A DNA stretch of 64,000 nt from the NCBI GenBank assembly GCA_900617105.1, contig UYFQ01000001.1, forward strand, positions 2,914,001 to 2,978,000, given 5' to 3'. The notes beneath the pieces were generated by a model, which made no database searches, was not told the DNA's origin, and worked only from the letters and a program-made list of their open reading frames with translations. The translations under genes and the position numbers were made by a program. Source of the stretch: Hydrurus foetidus (taxonomy: Eukaryota). The first letter of the stretch is position 1, and every line of letters starts with the position of its first letter. This document shows, one piece after another, positions 61,232-64,000 of this stretch.

Positions 61232-62161
61232 ATGATTGGCCGCATCGTTGAGGTGGCCGATGACAGGCGGCACCTGTTGCTGCATCGCGGCTTTATGGTG
61301 GTGCGCGACTCGGAGGGTGCACGCAAAGAGCTGGGGCAAATCCCACTCGACGACATTACCGCCGTTATAGCCAACGCGCATGGCTTGAGCTACACCAACA
61401 ACCTGCTGGTGGCTTTGGCCGAACGTGGTGCACCGTTTGTGCTGTGTGCGGCTAACCACAACGCAGTCGGCATGCTGCTGCCGATTGAAGGCAATTTTGA
61501 GCAGTCCAAACGCATTGAGGCGCAAATTGCTGCCAGCCAGCCGACGCACAAACGTTTGTGGGCGAGTGTGGTGCGCGCAAAACTTGAGCAACAAGCCGCC
61601 GCACTTGCCGCGACTGGCGGCCCCACCGCACCGTTAACTGCACTTGCGGCGAGAGTTAAAAGCGGCGACCCTGAAAACTTGGAAGCGCAAGGCGCGCGCC
61701 GTTACTGGACGCTGCTGTTTGGCGATACCTTCAGGCGTGACCAAAATGCGGGCGGCACCAATGGCTTGCTGAATTACGGCTACACCGTGCTGCGCGCCAC
61801 AACCGCGCGTGCTGTTGTGGCGGCTGGGCTGCACCCCGGCATTGGCTTGCACCACAGCAACGACAACAACGCCATGCGCCTGGTCGATGACCTGATGGAG
61901 CCTTTCCGGCCGATGATTGATTTGAAGGTGTGGCAGCTCAAACGCAACGGTGAAAACGAAGTGAGCCCCGAGACCAAACGCGCATTGGTGCGCACGCTGT
62001 ATGACGACATGCAAACCGACGCGGGTGCCACGCCTGTGATGGTGTGTGCACAAAAGTTGTGCACGTCATTGGCGCAAGTCTATTTGGGTGAACGGGACAA
62101 GCTGGACTTGCCTTTGCCCGGCTTGCCGCTGGCGCTGGCTGCGGCGCTGGGCGACGAATAA
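61232..62161 (+). CDS. cas1: CRISPR-associated Cas1 (type II)
   Basis: NLEAQGARRYW, NGLLNYGY, GLHH, LVDDLMEPFRP. Confidence 0.96.
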   Translation: MIGRIVEVADDRRHLLLHRGFMVVRDSEGARKELGQIPLDDITAVIANAHGLSYTNNLLVALAERGAPFVLCAANHNAVGMLLPIEGNFEQSKRIEAQIAASQPTHKRLWASVVRAKLEQQAAALAATGGPTAPLTALAARVKSGDPENLEAQGARRYWTLLFGDTFRRDQNAGGTNGLLNYGYTVLRATTARAVVAAGLHPGIGLHHSNDNNAMRLVDDLMEPFRPMIDLKVWQLKRNGENEVSPETKRALVRTLYDDMQTDAGATPVMVCAQKLCTSLAQVYLGERDKLDLPLPGLPLALAAALGDE

Positions 62162-62198
62162 GCAGCGGTGCTACGGAGATTTTTATGGAGGTGTGTGC

Positions 62199-62525
62199 AT
62201 GCTTTCAGGGTACCGACTCATGTGGGTAGTGGTGATGTTTGACTTGCCAGTCGTTGAAAAAGTTGAACGCAAGGCAGCGACTGACTTTCGCAACGGCTTG
62301 CTTGACCACGGTTTTGCCATGTCGCAGTTTTCGGTCTACATGCGGTTTTGCACAAGCCAGGCGCAGGTTGATACGTTATGCAAAAAGGTAGAAAATGCGT
62401 TACCACTGGGCGGCAAAGTAAACGTGCTGCAATTTACCGACAAGCAGTACGAGCGCATCATTTCGTACCACGGCCAAGCCAAGCAGCCTGCAAATAAAGC
62501 GCCAGATCAGTTCGACCTTTTTTAG
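62199..62525 (+). CDS. cas2: CRISPR-associated Cas2
   Basis: MWVVVMFDLPV, FRNGLL, QFSVY, TDKQY. Confidence 0.95.
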   Translation: MLSGYRLMWVVVMFDLPVVEKVERKAATDFRNGLLDHGFAMSQFSVYMRFCTSQAQVDTLCKKVENALPLGGKVNVLQFTDKQYERIISYHGQAKQPANKAPDQFDLF

Positions 62526-62543
62526 CCGACACTTAAATCATTC

Positions 62544-62804
62544 ATGCCAACCATCAGTTTTTTCTACGGCCTTGTGATCAGAATGTATTTCAACGACCAT
62601 GCGCCGCCACACTTCCACGTGGAATACGCTGAGTTCAAAGCAACTATTGATATTCGCCTGCTGACCTTGACCACTGGAAAGTTGCCCCGTCGTGCGCAAA
62701 TGCTGGTGCTGGACTGGGCTGAACTGCATCAAGCTGAATTACTCGAAGACTGGCAGCTGTGCATGAACAAACAGCAGCCAAAACAAATTGCTCCCTTACA
62801 GTAA
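62544..62804 (+). CDS. DUF4160 family protein (putative toxin)
   Basis: MPTISFFYGLVIRMYFNDHAPPHFHVEY, WAELHQAELLEDW. Confidence 0.85.
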   Translation: MPTISFFYGLVIRMYFNDHAPPHFHVEYAEFKATIDIRLLTLTTGKLPRRAQMLVLDWAELHQAELLEDWQLCMNKQQPKQIAPLQ

Positions 62805-62811
62805 GGCCACA

Positions 62812-63066
62812 ATGGAATACGACGTTGTAGATGTTCAACCTGTGTTGCCCATGGCATTACAGGTACGGTTTGCGGACGGCACCGCCGGACGGGTGCGTTT
62901 TGAGCCCAGTCACCTGACTGGCGTTTTTGAAGCGTTGAAAGATCCGATTGTTTTTGCGCAAGCGCGAATTGAGTCGGGAGCAGTCACTTGGCCTGGCGAT
63001 TTAGACCTTGCGCCAGACGCCATGTACGCCGAGATTAAGTGTCACGGCGAGTGGGTTTTGCGCTAA
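62812..63066 (+). CDS. DUF2442 family protein (putative antitoxin)
   Basis: LQVRFADG, FEALKDP, VTWPGDLDLAPDAMY. Confidence 0.85.
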   Translation: MEYDVVDVQPVLPMALQVRFADGTAGRVRFEPSHLTGVFEALKDPIVFAQARIESGAVTWPGDLDLAPDAMYAEIKCHGEWVLR

Positions 63067-63141
63067 AGACCCTAAAAATCGCACTTGAAATCAAACAAGC
63101 GCTGCCGGAAATCCATGAAAAATCAAAGCCGGCAAACGAAA

Positions 63142-63166
63142 AACCCCTTGATAAATCAAGGGGTTA
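63142..63166. promoter_or_regulatory. Array-proximal palindrome: terminator of the minus-strand transcript and/or IHF site
   Basis: AACCCCTTGAT-AA-ATCAAGGGGTT; contains AATCAAGGGGTTA = WATCAANNNNTTR. Confidence 0.6.
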
Positions 63167-63176
63167 TCGCGGACGG

Positions 63177-64000
63177 AGTCTAGTCGATTGGGATATGAGC
63201 TCTGACCGGAACGGAATCAACACCAACGCCCAAAACAGAGCCAGTCTAGTCGATTGGGATATGAGCTCTGACCGGAACCCTCGGCCAAGATGATGCCAAT
63301 GCCGCCAGAGTCTAGTCGATTGGGATATGAGCTCTGACCGGAACGCGGCGGCCATCGTCGCGCTGCAACTCGTGAGTCTAGTCGATTGGGATATGAGCTC
63401 TGACCGGAACACGACAGCACCGCGCTTGTAGCCGGTCACTAGTCTAGTCGATTGGGATATGAGCTCTGACCGGAACTGGCTAAGGAATTGGCTTTGAGCC
63501 GGTCTAAGTCTAGTCGATTGGGATATGAGCTCTGACCGGAACCTTGCCCACATCAGAAAGTGAAGGGTCATTAGTCTAGTCGATTGGGATATGAGCTCTG
63601 ACCGGAACAGCATCAAGCACCACGTTTTGCTTCAATGAAGTCTAGTCGATTGGGATATGAGCTCTGACCGGAACGTTGACCGCACGCAAACCACCGTGAA
63701 TAACAGTCTAGTCGATTGGGATATGAGCTCTGACCGGAACTTTAGACGTGTCAATACCCTACAAACGTTTAGTCTAGTCGATTGGGATATGAGCTCTGAC
63801 CGGAACAGTAGCACATTGCTGCTCAAGGGCAGCTTGAGTCTAGTCGATTGGGATATGAGCTCTGACCGGAACTAATTATTGACACGGCTGAAATTGTGTT
63901 TCAGTCTAGTCGATTGGGATATGAGCTCTGACCGGAACAGCGCTGCACCGCGTCCCCGTTCAACAGCTAGTCTAGTCGATTGGGATATGAGCTCTGACCG
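63177..64000 (-). CRISPR. Type II-C CRISPR array, truncated by the window end
   Basis: 36-bp repeat AGTCTAGTCGATTGGGATATGAGCTCTGACCGGAAC (+ strand), 12 complete copies plus 1 partial, 12 spacers of 30 bp, period 66; strand inferred from tracrRNA complementarity. Confidence 0.99.

Noticed and set aside
63164..63875. ORFs with repeating FRSELISQSTRL / SLVDWDMSSDRN peptides
   Set aside because: Translation of the 66-bp-period CRISPR array, not genes
63213..63968. Self-targeting spacers
   Set aside because: No match to this window noticed by eye; a BLAST against the whole genome is needed to exclude it

Overview
GC-rich betaproteobacterial chromosome segment (Comamonadaceae-like by gene content; inference). 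The housekeeping backbone includes glcE/glcF, torF-glnK-amtB, split metH with an SAH riboswitch, recQ, pckG and dadA. Three accessory blocks stand out. (1) 18.3-28.6 kb: an SNF2 helicase plus type III-like Mod/Res defence operon with a nested HTH-IrrE/PIN pair and a YhcG nuclease. (2) 42.4-51.6 kb, the most novel-looking: two photoactive yellow proteins and their coumarate-CoA ligase converge on an operon where two effector-less PAS-LOV proteins, each followed by a paralogous adaptor gene, bracket an MglA-like small GTPase and three roadblock-like proteins. This is a candidate light-controlled bacterial G-protein system. (3) 58.0-64.0 kb: a type II-C CRISPR-Cas9 locus (tracrRNA, 1021-aa Cas9, cas1, cas2, array running off the window) with a DUF4160/DUF2442 pair between cas2 and the array. 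Two palindromic repeat families also occur, and both have inserted in-frame into conserved genes (glcE, metH, dadA, recQ). All calls come from reading motifs by eye; no searches were run.
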